From NCBI GenBank assembly GCA_024408495.1, contig JAKSUY010000002.1:127-64126 (forward strand): 64,000 nt of DNA. The letters run 5' to 3'. The notes below the pieces were generated by a model, which was not told the origin of the DNA, ran no database searches, and saw nothing but the letters and a program-made list of their open reading frames with translations. Each line of letters begins with the position of its first letter. Positions within the stretch are counted from its first letter, which is position 1. Source of the DNA: Bacilli bacterium. Its GTDB lineage: Bacteria > Bacillota_I > Bacilli_A > RFN20 > CAG-826. This document shows positions 27,282 to 36,358 of the stretch, in pieces. The translations under genes were made by a program, and so were the position numbers.

Positions 27282-29265
27282 GAAAATATTAACTCCGCTA
27301 TTTGTGGCGGCGAGCTTCCTTCTAATTGGTTGCTCCACAAGCGAAATCGTTGGTCGCCCAAGTTGGATAGACGATAAAATTGTAACCGAACCAACTGATT
27401 TAAAAGATAACACCATGAAAGAAATTTATGATGCTATTAAAAAGTTAGGCGATACCAACGCTAATGTCTTAAATAAGGTCATGTATGATATTGGAAAGAA
27501 ACAAGTCGGACCTTTATTTGATGAAGTAGACAAAGATGGCAACAAGGTACTTGGCCTTAAGTCGATTGTTGATGGCACTGCAACTGCTGAAGAAGTTAAA
27601 GCATTTGTTGATCAACATCCACTCTATGCTAGTGAAGACCAAGGTTATAAAAAAGGTGATACTGAAGCCACTAATTTTACTCCAGAAGAAAAATTAGAAG
27701 TTTCACGCATTAAAATTACGCAACAATATGATTCCATCATTGAAAGAGTCTTTGAAAAGATGTATAACGAAGTAAAGGGTGGCTCTTATACAACTGATTC
27801 ACTTAAGAAACTTTTTAGTGAAGAAGAATATGTTAGACATTTAAAGAAAGATTTCTATGCACCAGATACAACTGGCATTGCTTTTAATGGTAAACAAGTA
27901 TTCGCACCAAAACCAATCGGTATAACTTGGAAAAAGTTCGTTAACTCTGCCGGTAATAAAGATGGCTATCTTCACATTATGGATGCCGAAGATAATTTTA
28001 CTAAACTTTATTATCCTACTGAAAAAGATCCTAAATATCCTGATGATAAGAGTAAAGAAACTCATGGATATATCGGTCGTAAGATTTTACCTGATATTTA
28101 CCGCGAACTCTTAATCGAAAAATATGTCCAAGAACAAAGATACACCAACTTAGGTCGTGGATATGCTCGTAAAGCACAAATGATTAAAATTAGTCCAAGT
28201 AACTCTGCTTACTATGACAAAGTGCGTGAAATGCTCCAATATTACGCTAAACTTCATATTACTGGTGACGGTAGCAAAAAAGCAACATACGCTCCATTAG
28301 ATGACTTAAATTCTGCAATGATAGGAATTGCTGATGCTGAAAACACAGCAACAAATTATGGCGTAGTTCGTGATTATCTTGAAGCTGGTAAATTCCAAAA
28401 AATTAATTTCCCCGGCACTGATACACCAGTTAAATGGGCAATGCATATAGACGAAAACGGTGAACCTTTAACAGAGGGTACTACTACCATAAAATCAACT
28501 TATGTATTCCGTGGCACCAAATTAGGCGACCTTGTTGAAAAATATATGGATGCCTTCGATTTAAAAGAAGCTAGTGCAACTGATGGGACTAATTTTACCG
28601 CAGTATTAAAATATCCATTCACTGAAACTGCAAAATCAGCCTATAACGATTTAACTAACAGCGGTGCTTATACAGTTGATGTTGGACTTGAATTAAAAGA
28701 AAGAGAATTACTTTCTAATGATTTAACTCAAGATGGTTGGTATCTAAAAGAAGGCGGTTTAACCGACTTACACGAAGATTTCCGCAGTCATTTATTTAAC
28801 ATCTCCACTTCTAATATCGTTGATGATTCTGAATATATGAAGACCAATGATAAAGGTTGGGGTTACTATGAATCTGGTGACTATGCCCGTTATTTTGAAC
28901 AAGATAATGGAACTAAACATGCATATATCGTAGGTGAAGCAATTCAATCTGATGAACCTTGGAAAACTGTTGTTCTTGAAAAAGATCACAATTTCTACAT
29001 CGTTCAAGTTGATGAAGCGGCTTCGTTATCAAAATTATCTGATGCTGATACTCGTGCGTATATTAGATCAAAGGCAACAGATAATATAATTGATTCTGTT
29101 GTAGCGAAGAGTGAAATTGTCCGTGATATCACTAAACAAGTCGCTAGTAGCGATACTTATAAGAAGAACGCGGAACAATATTACTTAATGATTAGTAACA
29201 TTCTCTTCTACGATGATAGCGTATACGCTTACTTTAAATCACAATTCCCAGATTTATTTAAGTAA
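27274..29265 (+). CDS. Hypothetical lipoprotein
   Basis: The ATG at 27274 lies 9 nt after AGGAGG. The signal peptide MNKKILTPLFVAASFLLIGCS carries a lipobox. The gene overlaps the end of the upstream lipoprotein gene. Confidence 0.65.
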   Translation: MNKKILTPLFVAASFLLIGCSTSEIVGRPSWIDDKIVTEPTDLKDNTMKEIYDAIKKLGDTNANVLNKVMYDIGKKQVGPLFDEVDKDGNKVLGLKSIVDGTATAEEVKAFVDQHPLYASEDQGYKKGDTEATNFTPEEKLEVSRIKITQQYDSIIERVFEKMYNEVKGGSYTTDSLKKLFSEEEYVRHLKKDFYAPDTTGIAFNGKQVFAPKPIGITWKKFVNSAGNKDGYLHIMDAEDNFTKLYYPTEKDPKYPDDKSKETHGYIGRKILPDIYRELLIEKYVQEQRYTNLGRGYARKAQMIKISPSNSAYYDKVREMLQYYAKLHITGDGSKKATYAPLDDLNSAMIGIADAENTATNYGVVRDYLEAGKFQKINFPGTDTPVKWAMHIDENGEPLTEGTTTIKSTYVFRGTKLGDLVEKYMDAFDLKEASATDGTNFTAVLKYPFTETAKSAYNDLTNSGAYTVDVGLELKERELLSNDLTQDGWYLKEGGLTDLHEDFRSHLFNISTSNIVDDSEYMKTNDKGWGYYESGDYARYFEQDNGTKHAYIVGEAIQSDEPWKTVVLEKDHNFYIVQVDEAASLSKLSDADTRAYIRSKATDNIIDSVVAKSEIVRDITKQVASSDTYKKNAEQYYLMISNILFYDDSVYAYFKSQFPDLFK

Positions 29266-29283
29266 TAAAGTAAATATAACATT

Positions 29284-29311
29284 AAGGAGACTATGGTCTC
29301 CTTTTTGTTTT
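29284..29311 (+). terminator. Rho-independent terminator
   Basis: AAGGAGAC-tatg-GTCTCCTT stem-loop followed by TTTGTTTT. Confidence 0.75.
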
Positions 29312-29324
29312 ATAATATACATAT

Positions 29325-29738
29325 ATGGATAATTGTATATTTTGTAAAATCATTAAAGGTGAAATTCCTTCTAGTAAAATCTATGAAGACGATGATGTTC
29401 TAGCGATCTTAGATATATCGCAAGCAACGCATGGTCATACGTTAGTAATTTCTAAAGCGCATTACGATAACTTCTTATGTACGCCTAAAGAGATTATGCA
29501 TAAGGTTATGGATGTTGCGCAGCGTATTGGACAAGTAGAAATTGCTGTGCTTGGCGCTAAGGGAGTTAATATCTTAACTAATGTAGGCGAAGAAGCTGGG
29601 CAAACCATTATGCATTATCACGTACATGTAGTGCCTCGTTATACGCGTGATGCTGGTTTCCAAATTACTTTAAAAGAAAACGCGGTCGATAAATCATTAC
29701 TTCCCGCGCTTGCTAATAAGATTAAAGAAAAACTTTAA
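29325..29738 (+). CDS. HIT family (Hint-like) nucleotide hydrolase
   Basis: CIFCKI N-terminus and histidine triad HYHVHVVP. Confidence 0.9.
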   Translation: MDNCIFCKIIKGEIPSSKIYEDDDVLAILDISQATHGHTLVISKAHYDNFLCTPKEIMHKVMDVAQRIGQVEIAVLGAKGVNILTNVGEEAGQTIMHYHVHVVPRYTRDAGFQITLKENAVDKSLLPALANKIKEKL

Positions 29739-29739
29739 T

Positions 29740-30669
29740 TTATTTCTTCTTTTTATATAATCGACGCATATCTAATGTCATTAAACGATTAGTGAACTCT
29801 CCAGGGTTAAGTTCTTTAGTGTTGTTATCATACATCATCATCTTTGCATCTAAATCATCAATGAAATTAACCATAATCGCTTCTTTAGTCGCGCCTAAAA
29901 CCGGTGAACCATATTCGTATTTCCCATGACTCGATAATACACAGTGCTCGATATGAATAATCTTCTCGTTATCTTCTAAATGATGTTTAGTAGCCACATT
30001 ATTAATTAAATTAGTAGCAATCACTAAATGGCCTAATAAATGTCCTTCGGCGGTATATTCAATTGGAAGTAGTCCGCTTAATTCTTTAATCTTACCTAAA
30101 TCATGTAGGAAGACACTCGCTAAGACAATATCGCTATCTACATCCGAATAATGCTTAATTAAGAAACTAGCGACGTCTAGCATGCTCACGGTGTGATAAA
30201 GTAGCCCGCTAGCAAATGCATGGTGGTTATTACTTGCTGCCGGATAAATTAAAATCTTTTCTTTATAAGTTGAATATAATTCATCAATAATAGTTTTAAT
30301 ATCCTTATCCTTAATATTATTAAGATGAGCCTCTAATTTCTTTTGTAAGGTCTCTTTAGGGATTGGAGAAGTAGGGATATAATCGTCAAGCTTAGTGACT
30401 TCGACTGGACGAGCATCTCTAATTCTAAGTTCTAATTTCTCTTTATAAGAAGTAACATCAAATGAAATATTCACGAATTTACCGGGTTTAAAGATTTCTT
30501 GATCTTCCGCTGTGGCGTCCCATTTTTTCGCGTTCATAGAACCAGTTTTATCTTGAAGCAAAATCGTTAAAAGCTTCTTGTTATTAACCGTAACACTCAT
30601 GGTTGCGCTTTTAACTAAATAGATTTCTTGGTAAGCATCGCCTTCTTTAAGCGTATTAAGAAATATCAT
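29740..30669 (-). CDS. yhaM: 3'-5' exoribonuclease YhaM (OB-fold + HD domain)
   Basis: N-terminal OB-fold (LLQDKTGSMNAKKWD) and HD domain motifs HHAFASGLLYHT and FLHDLGK. Length is 309 aa. Confidence 0.8.
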   Translation of the reverse strand: MIFLNTLKEGDAYQEIYLVKSATMSVTVNNKKLLTILLQDKTGSMNAKKWDATAEDQEIFKPGKFVNISFDVTSYKEKLELRIRDARPVEVTKLDDYIPTSPIPKETLQKKLEAHLNNIKDKDIKTIIDELYSTYKEKILIYPAASNNHHAFASGLLYHTVSMLDVASFLIKHYSDVDSDIVLASVFLHDLGKIKELSGLLPIEYTAEGHLLGHLVIATNLINNVATKHHLEDNEKIIHIEHCVLSSHGKYEYGSPVLGATKEAIMVNFIDDLDAKMMMYDNNTKELNPGEFTNRLMTLDMRRLYKKKK

Positions 30670-31424
30670 AATGAATCCTCCATTACACCTTTTATTTTAC
30701 TATAGCTGTAACCTTTTCGCCTTAAGGCATTTACTATTTTTTGATTATCATCGTATAAACGTTTAAATTTTTGATGATCCCTTTTAATCGCACTTTCATA
30801 GTTTATATAAGTAAGTTTAACCTTCTCTAAGGCCTTATTAATCTCACTTAATGAATAACCATTACGAAGTAAATTATTAATAATCTTATTCTTCTTATCG
30901 ATAATATCTTTCTTAGAATATTGAGTATCTAATTTCTTAATGTATTTAATTAAAGTTTCGCTAATAGCGTTAATATCTAAACCTTGAATCACTTTGATGA
31001 TGTCTTCTTCACTAATTCCTAATTCATGCAATTTCTCTTTAATAAAGTTTTTTCCTTTATGACGATGGATTAAAGTATCTGCATAACTAACCGCAAAAGC
31101 AAAATCGTTTAGAAGTTCATGCTCCGCTAGATAGCGCATAATCATCTTGATATTAGTGTCTTTAATTTTCTTTGCGATTAATTTCTTTTTTAATTTAGAG
31201 GATGTATAGGCGTATTTAGAAATTAACCCTAGCGCATAATTTAAATCTTTGGTGTAACTATCAAAAGCGAGTAATTTATCGATATCAACTTTTGATATTA
31301 ATTTATTTAGATATAAATTAAATTCCGTAAATGTATTTGGATTTATTTCTATCTTCTCATCATCAAAATAAATGACAATCTTCTTTTTTAAAATGTGAAT
31401 ATCGGTAATTCTTTTCTTTTCCAT
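30666..31424 (-). CDS. recX: RecX family regulatory protein
   Basis: Start moved to MEKKRITD at 31424, which removes the overlap with the upstream gene. Repeated three-helix units (YTSSKLKKKLIAK...IMRYLAEHELLND) are typical of RecX. Confidence 0.7.
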   Translation of the reverse strand: MEKKRITDIHILKKKIVIYFDDEKIEINPNTFTEFNLYLNKLISKVDIDKLLAFDSYTKDLNYALGLISKYAYTSSKLKKKLIAKKIKDTNIKMIMRYLAEHELLNDFAFAVSYADTLIHRHKGKNFIKEKLHELGISEEDIIKVIQGLDINAISETLIKYIKKLDTQYSKKDIIDKKNKIINNLLRNGYSLSEINKALEKVKLTYINYESAIKRDHQKFKRLYDDNQKIVNALRRKGYSYSKIKGVMEDSL

Positions 31425-31425
31425 A

Positions 31426-32865
31426 TTATTTAATATTAAAATCTCTCCAGCCTTCATCACGGGAATAACGATTTCTCTTCTTACTTGAACGTGGCAAGAT
31501 ATCTTCATCGACCACAAACGGAGAATTATCATCTAAATCCGTATCATCTAATTGATATTGTTTAACTTCTTCTTTTTTCTTAATTTCCATTCTTTCTTTA
31601 ATATTTAAAGCGTCTTTAAGACGGTTCTGTAATTCTTTACGAGACATTTGAGATGTTTCATATAAAGTGTCGCTGCTTCTTTTTCTTTCTTCGTAAGTCT
31701 CAAGTTGCATTGTTACGAATGTCTTTCTATCCACATTAAGCGTTTCCTCTTTAGGAGATGCTTTATATAAAACCGTTACAATGCCCGCTAAAAGAACCAT
31801 AATGTAGTAAGTAGCCGAACGCCAAATAAGTAATGCACTGCTCATATACACTCCACTAGCGCCACCTAAATAGAATGTATCAAATAAGGATGAGAAGAAT
31901 AATTCACTGACACCAGCTCCGCCTGGGATCGGGAATAATCCAGTAATCATTTGGTGATAACTAGACATAAAACATACATCAAAGAAAGAGCGAACGGTAA
32001 GTGCGCTAGAAGAGGTTGCGTTAAGTGCCATGCCCGCAAACCAAGGAATCGAGAATTTACATATTAAGCCAATGAATAATAGCACTAGAATTAAAATTGT
32101 TACTCTTACATTACTAAGTAATCGTCTAAGTTCAATCTTGAAGTTCTCAACTTGAATTCTTAACGATTCACGAGTTTGATCAGGATGCTTTAAAATATGG
32201 AGCTTAGCGAGTAATCCTACTCCATAATGCATGATAAAGTTATGCATCTTGTGGGAATAACTCATTAAAAGAAGAATGCCTATAACCGAAACGTTAAGCG
32301 CAAAACCGATAATCGTTAAAGGCGCTAAAGGAATGGTGAATGACCAAGTACCAATATGACCAGTAATTGACATGCTAGTCATTAAATCGGCTTTAAAAAT
32401 CACGGTTACAATATCAAAAATAATAAGAGCAGAGTGATATAGAATAAAGTACATCACCAATAGACTAGCCGCATTAGATATTTGGGTACCTTGTTTCTTT
32501 AAGGTATAAGCTTGCATCACTTGTCCGCCTTTAGCACCAGGAGTAATTCCGCTATAGAAGGTCCCAATCATGCTTACCGCAATCCCTTGGTTAATATAAT
32601 ATTTACGTGTATATAGGCGCATAAAGACCGTAATAACTAGCCCATCAATTAGAATCGAAAATAGCATCACTCCAACAATCGCTCCAATCCAGCGGCCATC
32701 ACAATTCGAGAATGCTTCAACTATATCTTTAGAGTGGCCTTTAAGTGTTAAAAACAAGGATAAACCGGTCGCAATTAAAACAAGCCCGATATAAACGGCG
32801 TAACGACGAATCCCACTTTTTTTCTTATTTGCGGGCGCTTCATTTTTAATTTCGGCTTTGTCCAT
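31426..32865 (-). CDS. Flippase-like polytopic membrane protein (UPF0104 / lysyl-PG synthase TM-domain family)
   Basis: 479 aa with about 8 TM helices, a GITPGAKGGQ loop and PIPGGAGVSE motifs typical of the family, and a charged C-terminal tail. Confidence 0.6.
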   Translation of the reverse strand: MDKAEIKNEAPANKKKSGIRRYAVYIGLVLIATGLSLFLTLKGHSKDIVEAFSNCDGRWIGAIVGVMLFSILIDGLVITVFMRLYTRKYYINQGIAVSMIGTFYSGITPGAKGGQVMQAYTLKKQGTQISNAASLLVMYFILYHSALIIFDIVTVIFKADLMTSMSITGHIGTWSFTIPLAPLTIIGFALNVSVIGILLLMSYSHKMHNFIMHYGVGLLAKLHILKHPDQTRESLRIQVENFKIELRRLLSNVRVTILILVLLFIGLICKFSIPWFAGMALNATSSSALTVRSFFDVCFMSSYHQMITGLFPIPGGAGVSELFFSSLFDTFYLGGASGVYMSSALLIWRSATYYIMVLLAGIVTVLYKASPKEETLNVDRKTFVTMQLETYEERKRSSDTLYETSQMSRKELQNRLKDALNIKERMEIKKKEEVKQYQLDDTDLDDNSPFVVDEDILPRSSKKRNRYSRDEGWRDFNIK

Positions 32866-32909
32866 TATTAAAAGTGTAGCACACCTAAATATGGTTTTGG
32901 TGCACCACT

Positions 32910-33767
32910 TTATTTACTTATAGTAATTTTTACAATTTCAGGGTTACAATTGACGCGAAGCGGGAACATCGCGGAATATCCAAGGCCTCGAGAAATGACT
33001 AAATCCGTACTGTTTCTATGGTAAATTCCGCCCATATATTCGCCTTCTTCTAAAGCAATTGATGAAGGCGTCCAATTACCAATTTTAAATTGGCCTCCAT
33101 GAGTGTGACCACTAACCACTAAATCGAAATTATAATTATCCGCAATCTTTTTGAAATTTTCTGGGCGATGGCTAAGTAAGATATTAAAATCATCTTTATT
33201 AAATGCTTTAGTCATTTCATCCAAGGATGCTAAAGTTGCTTCCTCTCTACTTTTAAACGAAGCACCACCTCTAGTTTTAAAACGAGCGTCTTCTAATCCA
33301 TATATATGAAAATGTTCATTGATATCAATGTGATCATCTTTAATATAGGTAACGCCTTCTTCATGCATTTTATCTTGTAAACCTTGCCAGTTAGGAGCGT
33401 ACTCTTCATGATTACCAGTTACAAAATAAGAATGCTTGCTAATGCTATTACCAGCTTTAAATATTTCATTGATATCGTCTAGTGAGTTAGTGTAACTATC
33501 AATTAAATCACCGGTATAGAAAATATAATCAACTGGATTTTGTTCTTTTAAGATATCAATCATATTGCCATTACTGAAATTTAGTGAGCGGTGATGGTAA
33601 TCACTAATTACTAAGCAAGTGAATGTATCAATATTCTTACTAGTCTTAAATTCATAAGAAACAATATCAAGCTTATCACTACTAACAGCGCAAAAAATTA
33701 AGCCTACTAAACAAAAAGTAAGCACAACATAACTAACGATTCTAATAACACGTTTAAAGATATACAT
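32910..33767 (-). CDS. Membrane-anchored metallophosphoesterase (YkuE-like)
   Basis: Calcineurin-like motifs ISDYHH, TGDLID, GNHE and GHTHGGQ, with an N-terminal TM helix. Confidence 0.85.
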   Translation of the reverse strand: MYIFKRVIRIVSYVVLTFCLVGLIFCAVSSDKLDIVSYEFKTSKNIDTFTCLVISDYHHRSLNFSNGNMIDILKEQNPVDYIFYTGDLIDSYTNSLDDINEIFKAGNSISKHSYFVTGNHEEYAPNWQGLQDKMHEEGVTYIKDDHIDINEHFHIYGLEDARFKTRGGASFKSREEATLASLDEMTKAFNKDDFNILLSHRPENFKKIADNYNFDLVVSGHTHGGQFKIGNWTPSSIALEEGEYMGGIYHRNSTDLVISRGLGYSAMFPLRVNCNPEIVKITISK

Positions 33768-33830
33768 CCTAATTATTATATAAGAACAAATAAACGATAG
33801 TTTGAATATTTAGTTGCATTGATAATAATG

Positions 33831-33839
33831 TGCTATAAT
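33831..33839 (+). promoter_or_regulatory. Extended -10 promoter (TGcTATAAT) for the antitoxin RNA
   Basis: TGCTATAAT lies about 16 nt upstream of the first repeat unit. Confidence 0.5.
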
Positions 33840-33854
33840 GATTGTGCAATCGAA

Positions 33855-33942
33855 AGGTTGCAACATAAAGGGAATGGGTGAGCCCTACCAAACAGCCTAG
33901 ATTGTAACATAAAGGGAATGGGTGAGCCCTACCAAACAGCCC
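33855..33942 (+). ncRNA. Type III antitoxin RNA (ToxI/antiQ-like): two tandem 44-nt repeats
   Basis: AG(G/A)TTG(C/T)AACATAAAGGGAATGGGTGAGCCCTACCAAACAGCC(T/C) occurs twice head-to-tail (3 mismatches). A promoter precedes it, and a terminator and a ToxN/AbiQ-like ORF follow it. Confidence 0.8.
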
Positions 33943-33953
33943 GATTTTAACAG

Positions 33954-33980
33954 ATATGGTTCCCAAAACCATATTTTTTT
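33954..33980 (+). terminator. Rho-independent terminator between the antitoxin repeats and the toxin ORF
   Basis: ATATGGTT-cccaa-AACCATAT stem-loop followed by a T run (T7). This is the arrangement that sets the antitoxin:toxin ratio in toxIN loci. Confidence 0.8.
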
Positions 33981-33999
33981 ATTGTATAATGGGGTAACT

Positions 34000-34571
34000 A
34001 TGTACAAGATTTATGAAATAAACCCTACCTATATTAAGTATCTAAAGCGGTTTTAAAAGCATGTTTATCTACCAGATGAAGATAGTTCTTTTGGGCGAAA
34101 ATATGTTGGAATAGTATTAGAAATTAATAATTTTAAGTATTTTGCCCCGTTAACTTCTAGCATTTGGAAAAAAAATTAAATGAATCCAATGAATTTATAT
34201 ATGTTTTAGATCAAAATGGATGCAAAAAATTAAAACGAAATTTTACCGATATTATTATCCGTAATAATAACAACCAACCTGTTGCGGCGGTGAAATTAAA
34301 TGATATGGTTCCTATTCCTAACAACCTTATCGGTTTAATTGCGGTTGCTAACATAAAAGAATTACAGCTATCAAGTGAAAGCAAAGATCGTAAATACGGA
34401 TCGTTACTAGAATTAGAACTAGAATATATTAATCGTCCAGCGGTTGCGACAAAAATTAAAGAGAAGGCGTTGGATTATTATTCAAATTATAAAATAAATG
34501 AAAAATACAAAAGAGTTTGCTTAGATTTTAAACTCCTAGAACAAAAGGCGAATGACTATAAAATAAATTAA
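34000..34571 (+). pseudogene. ToxN/AbiQ-family type III toxin endoribonuclease, disrupted
   Basis: MYKIYEINPTYIKYLKRF*KHVYLPDEDSSFGRKYVGIVLEINNFKYFAPLTSS resembles the ToxN/AbiQ N-terminus recalled from memory (MKFY..S.YI.YLK.FD...GIVLEI....Y.APLTS). There is an in-frame TAA at 34054..34056. A 1-nt frame change at the A8 tract 34168..34175 joins to ORF 34164..34571. Confidence 0.8.
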
Positions 34572-36358
34572 TTACGTTTATTCGCGAATTGCGAATTATA
34601 TAAGTCGGCGTATAAGCCGCCCTTAGCGAGTAATTGATCATGATTACCACATTCAAGGACATCGCCATCTTTCATAACGATAATCATATCCGCGTTCTTA
34701 ATGGTTGATAAACGGTGAGCGATGACAAATGAGGTTCGACCTTTCATTAATTTATCCATCGCATCTTGAATTAATAATTCAGTACGAGTATCAACGCTAC
34801 TAGTAGCTTCATCCAAGATTAGCATTGGCGCATTTTGTACCATGGCTCTTGCGATGGTAAGTAATTGTTTTTGACCACTAGATAATCCGCTATCTTCTTT
34901 AAGCATCTTATCGTAACCACCAGCCTGTTTAATAAATTCATCGCAGTGTGTGGCTTTACACGCTTCATATACTTCTTCATCGGTTGCATCTCGACGAGAG
35001 AACTTTAAGTTCTCCATGAAGGTACCTTCAAATAACCAAGTATCTTGTAACACCATGCCGAATAGACTACGAACATAACTACGATTCATAGATGTAGTAT
35101 CAACGCCTTCAATCGTAATCTTACCACCATTGACCTCGTAGAATCTCATAAGGAGGTTAACCATCGTAGTTTTACCTGCACCAGTAGGACCAACAATCGC
35201 AATCTTTTGACCGCTCTTCGCGACTTGTGAGAAGTCATGAATGATGACTCGATCTTTAGTATAACCAAAGCGAATATGATCAAAAGCTACATTACCTTCA
35301 ACTTTCTCGAGTTTAGTCGTCTTACTAGATTCATCGGGTTGATTATTCTCTTCAAGCATAGAGAAGACACGAGAGGCTGCGGCTAAAGCTTGTTGGAAAG
35401 TACCTAATAGTTGAGCAATGTTAGTAAGTGGCGAAATTAATTGTTCACCATAAGTAACCGCTGCAACGATGGTTGCCACTCTTTCAGGATCGCCACCTTG
35501 TTGAACCGCCATATAACCACCGATTAAACAAATGAAAGCAAACATTAAGTTAGCAAAGAAGCTAGTAATTGGAATCATTAAACCAGAAAGCGCATCTGCT
35601 TTGAAGGTGTACTTTTCAAGTTTTAAGTTAGTGTTAGCGAACTTATCCTTAAAGCGTTTAGTAGCACCAAATGACTTCACAATATAGTAAGCAGTGTAAC
35701 TTTCTTCAGCTAATGAAGAGAGGTTACCAGTTAATTCTTGACGTTGACCAAAGGCTTTTTGTGATTTCTTACCAACGATAGATAAAACAATTAAGATTAC
35801 TGGTAAAGTACATAAGACAACTAAGCCTAATTTCCAGTCAAAAACGAATAAGATAATAACTGAACCAACCACTGTAATAGTTGCAGCAATAAAGCTTGAT
35901 AAGGTTAAGTTAAGAGTTTGACCAATTGTATCAACATCGTTAGTGACATAGCTAAGAACATCACCAATATTACGTGTGTCGAAATAATTAAGCGGTAATT
36001 TATTAATCTTGACCGCCATTCTTTGACGTAGTTCACGGCTAGTCTCAGTTGTGACACCGGTAATTACATACACTTGAATATATTCAAAGAGGAACCCACA
36101 GAAATATAATGCTAAGGCAATACCTGCGTATTTCCAAATCTCACCATAAGTGAAATCAAGATGTTGGGTTTCGTAACTAGATAGTAAAGTTGAAATCTCT
36201 TTAATGACAATTGGGCTGAAGATTCTAAATAATGCACCAATTGCGCCTAAACATAAGGCAATAATAATAGCTACTCTATGAGGAGCTAAGCATTTCGCTA
36301 ATTTTCTGAACGAGGATTCGCCTTTACGTTCATAAATGTTTTTAATTGTCGTTTCCAT
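34568..36358 (-). CDS. ABC exporter, fused permease/ATPase subunit (heterodimer partner 2)
   Basis: Six TM helices, Walker A GPTGAGKTT, signature LSSGQKQ and Walker B ILDEATS. Confidence 0.9.
   Translation of the reverse strand: METTIKNIYERKGESSFRKLAKCLAPHRVAIIIALCLGAIGALFRIFSPIVIKEISTLLSSYETQHLDFTYGEIWKYAGIALALYFCGFLFEYIQVYVITGVTTETSRELRQRMAVKINKLPLNYFDTRNIGDVLSYVTNDVDTIGQTLNLTLSSFIAATITVVGSVIILFVFDWKLGLVVLCTLPVILIVLSIVGKKSQKAFGQRQELTGNLSSLAEESYTAYYIVKSFGATKRFKDKFANTNLKLEKYTFKADALSGLMIPITSFFANLMFAFICLIGGYMAVQQGGDPERVATIVAAVTYGEQLISPLTNIAQLLGTFQQALAAASRVFSMLEENNQPDESSKTTKLEKVEGNVAFDHIRFGYTKDRVIIHDFSQVAKSGQKIAIVGPTGAGKTTMVNLLMRFYEVNGGKITIEGVDTTSMNRSYVRSLFGMVLQDTWLFEGTFMENLKFSRRDATDEEVYEACKATHCDEFIKQAGGYDKMLKEDSGLSSGQKQLLTIARAMVQNAPMLILDEATSSVDTRTELLIQDAMDKLMKGRTSFVIAHRLSTIKNADMIIVMKDGDVLECGNHDQLLAKGGLYADLYNSQFANKRN

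Noticed and set aside
25281-27416. Multiple short ORFs on both strands overlapping the two large lipoprotein genes
   Set aside because: They are alternative-frame and antisense ORFs inside long ORFs that have signal peptides and a PPIase motif. There is no independent support.
31425-31532. N-terminal 36-codon extension of the recX ORF, and the similar extension of the RNase III-like ORF at 45317..45394
   Set aside because: The extensions overlap the 3' ends of the upstream genes and lack an SD. Internal ATGs with good SD or spacing give non-overlapping genes.
33855-33942. Tandem riboswitch, since the repeats loosely recall the fluoride-riboswitch string GG.GAUG...CC.AAAC.GCC
   Set aside because: The match is only superficial and no pseudoknot partner is evident. 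Two near-identical units followed by a terminator and a ToxN/AbiQ-like ORF are fully explained by a ToxI-type antitoxin.
33769-33972. 67-aa minus-strand ORF from the ORF track
   Set aside because: It lies exactly over the tandem 44-nt repeats and the terminator of the type III antitoxin locus. Its duplicated peptide segments simply mirror the DNA repeat, and it has no SD. It is treated as spurious.
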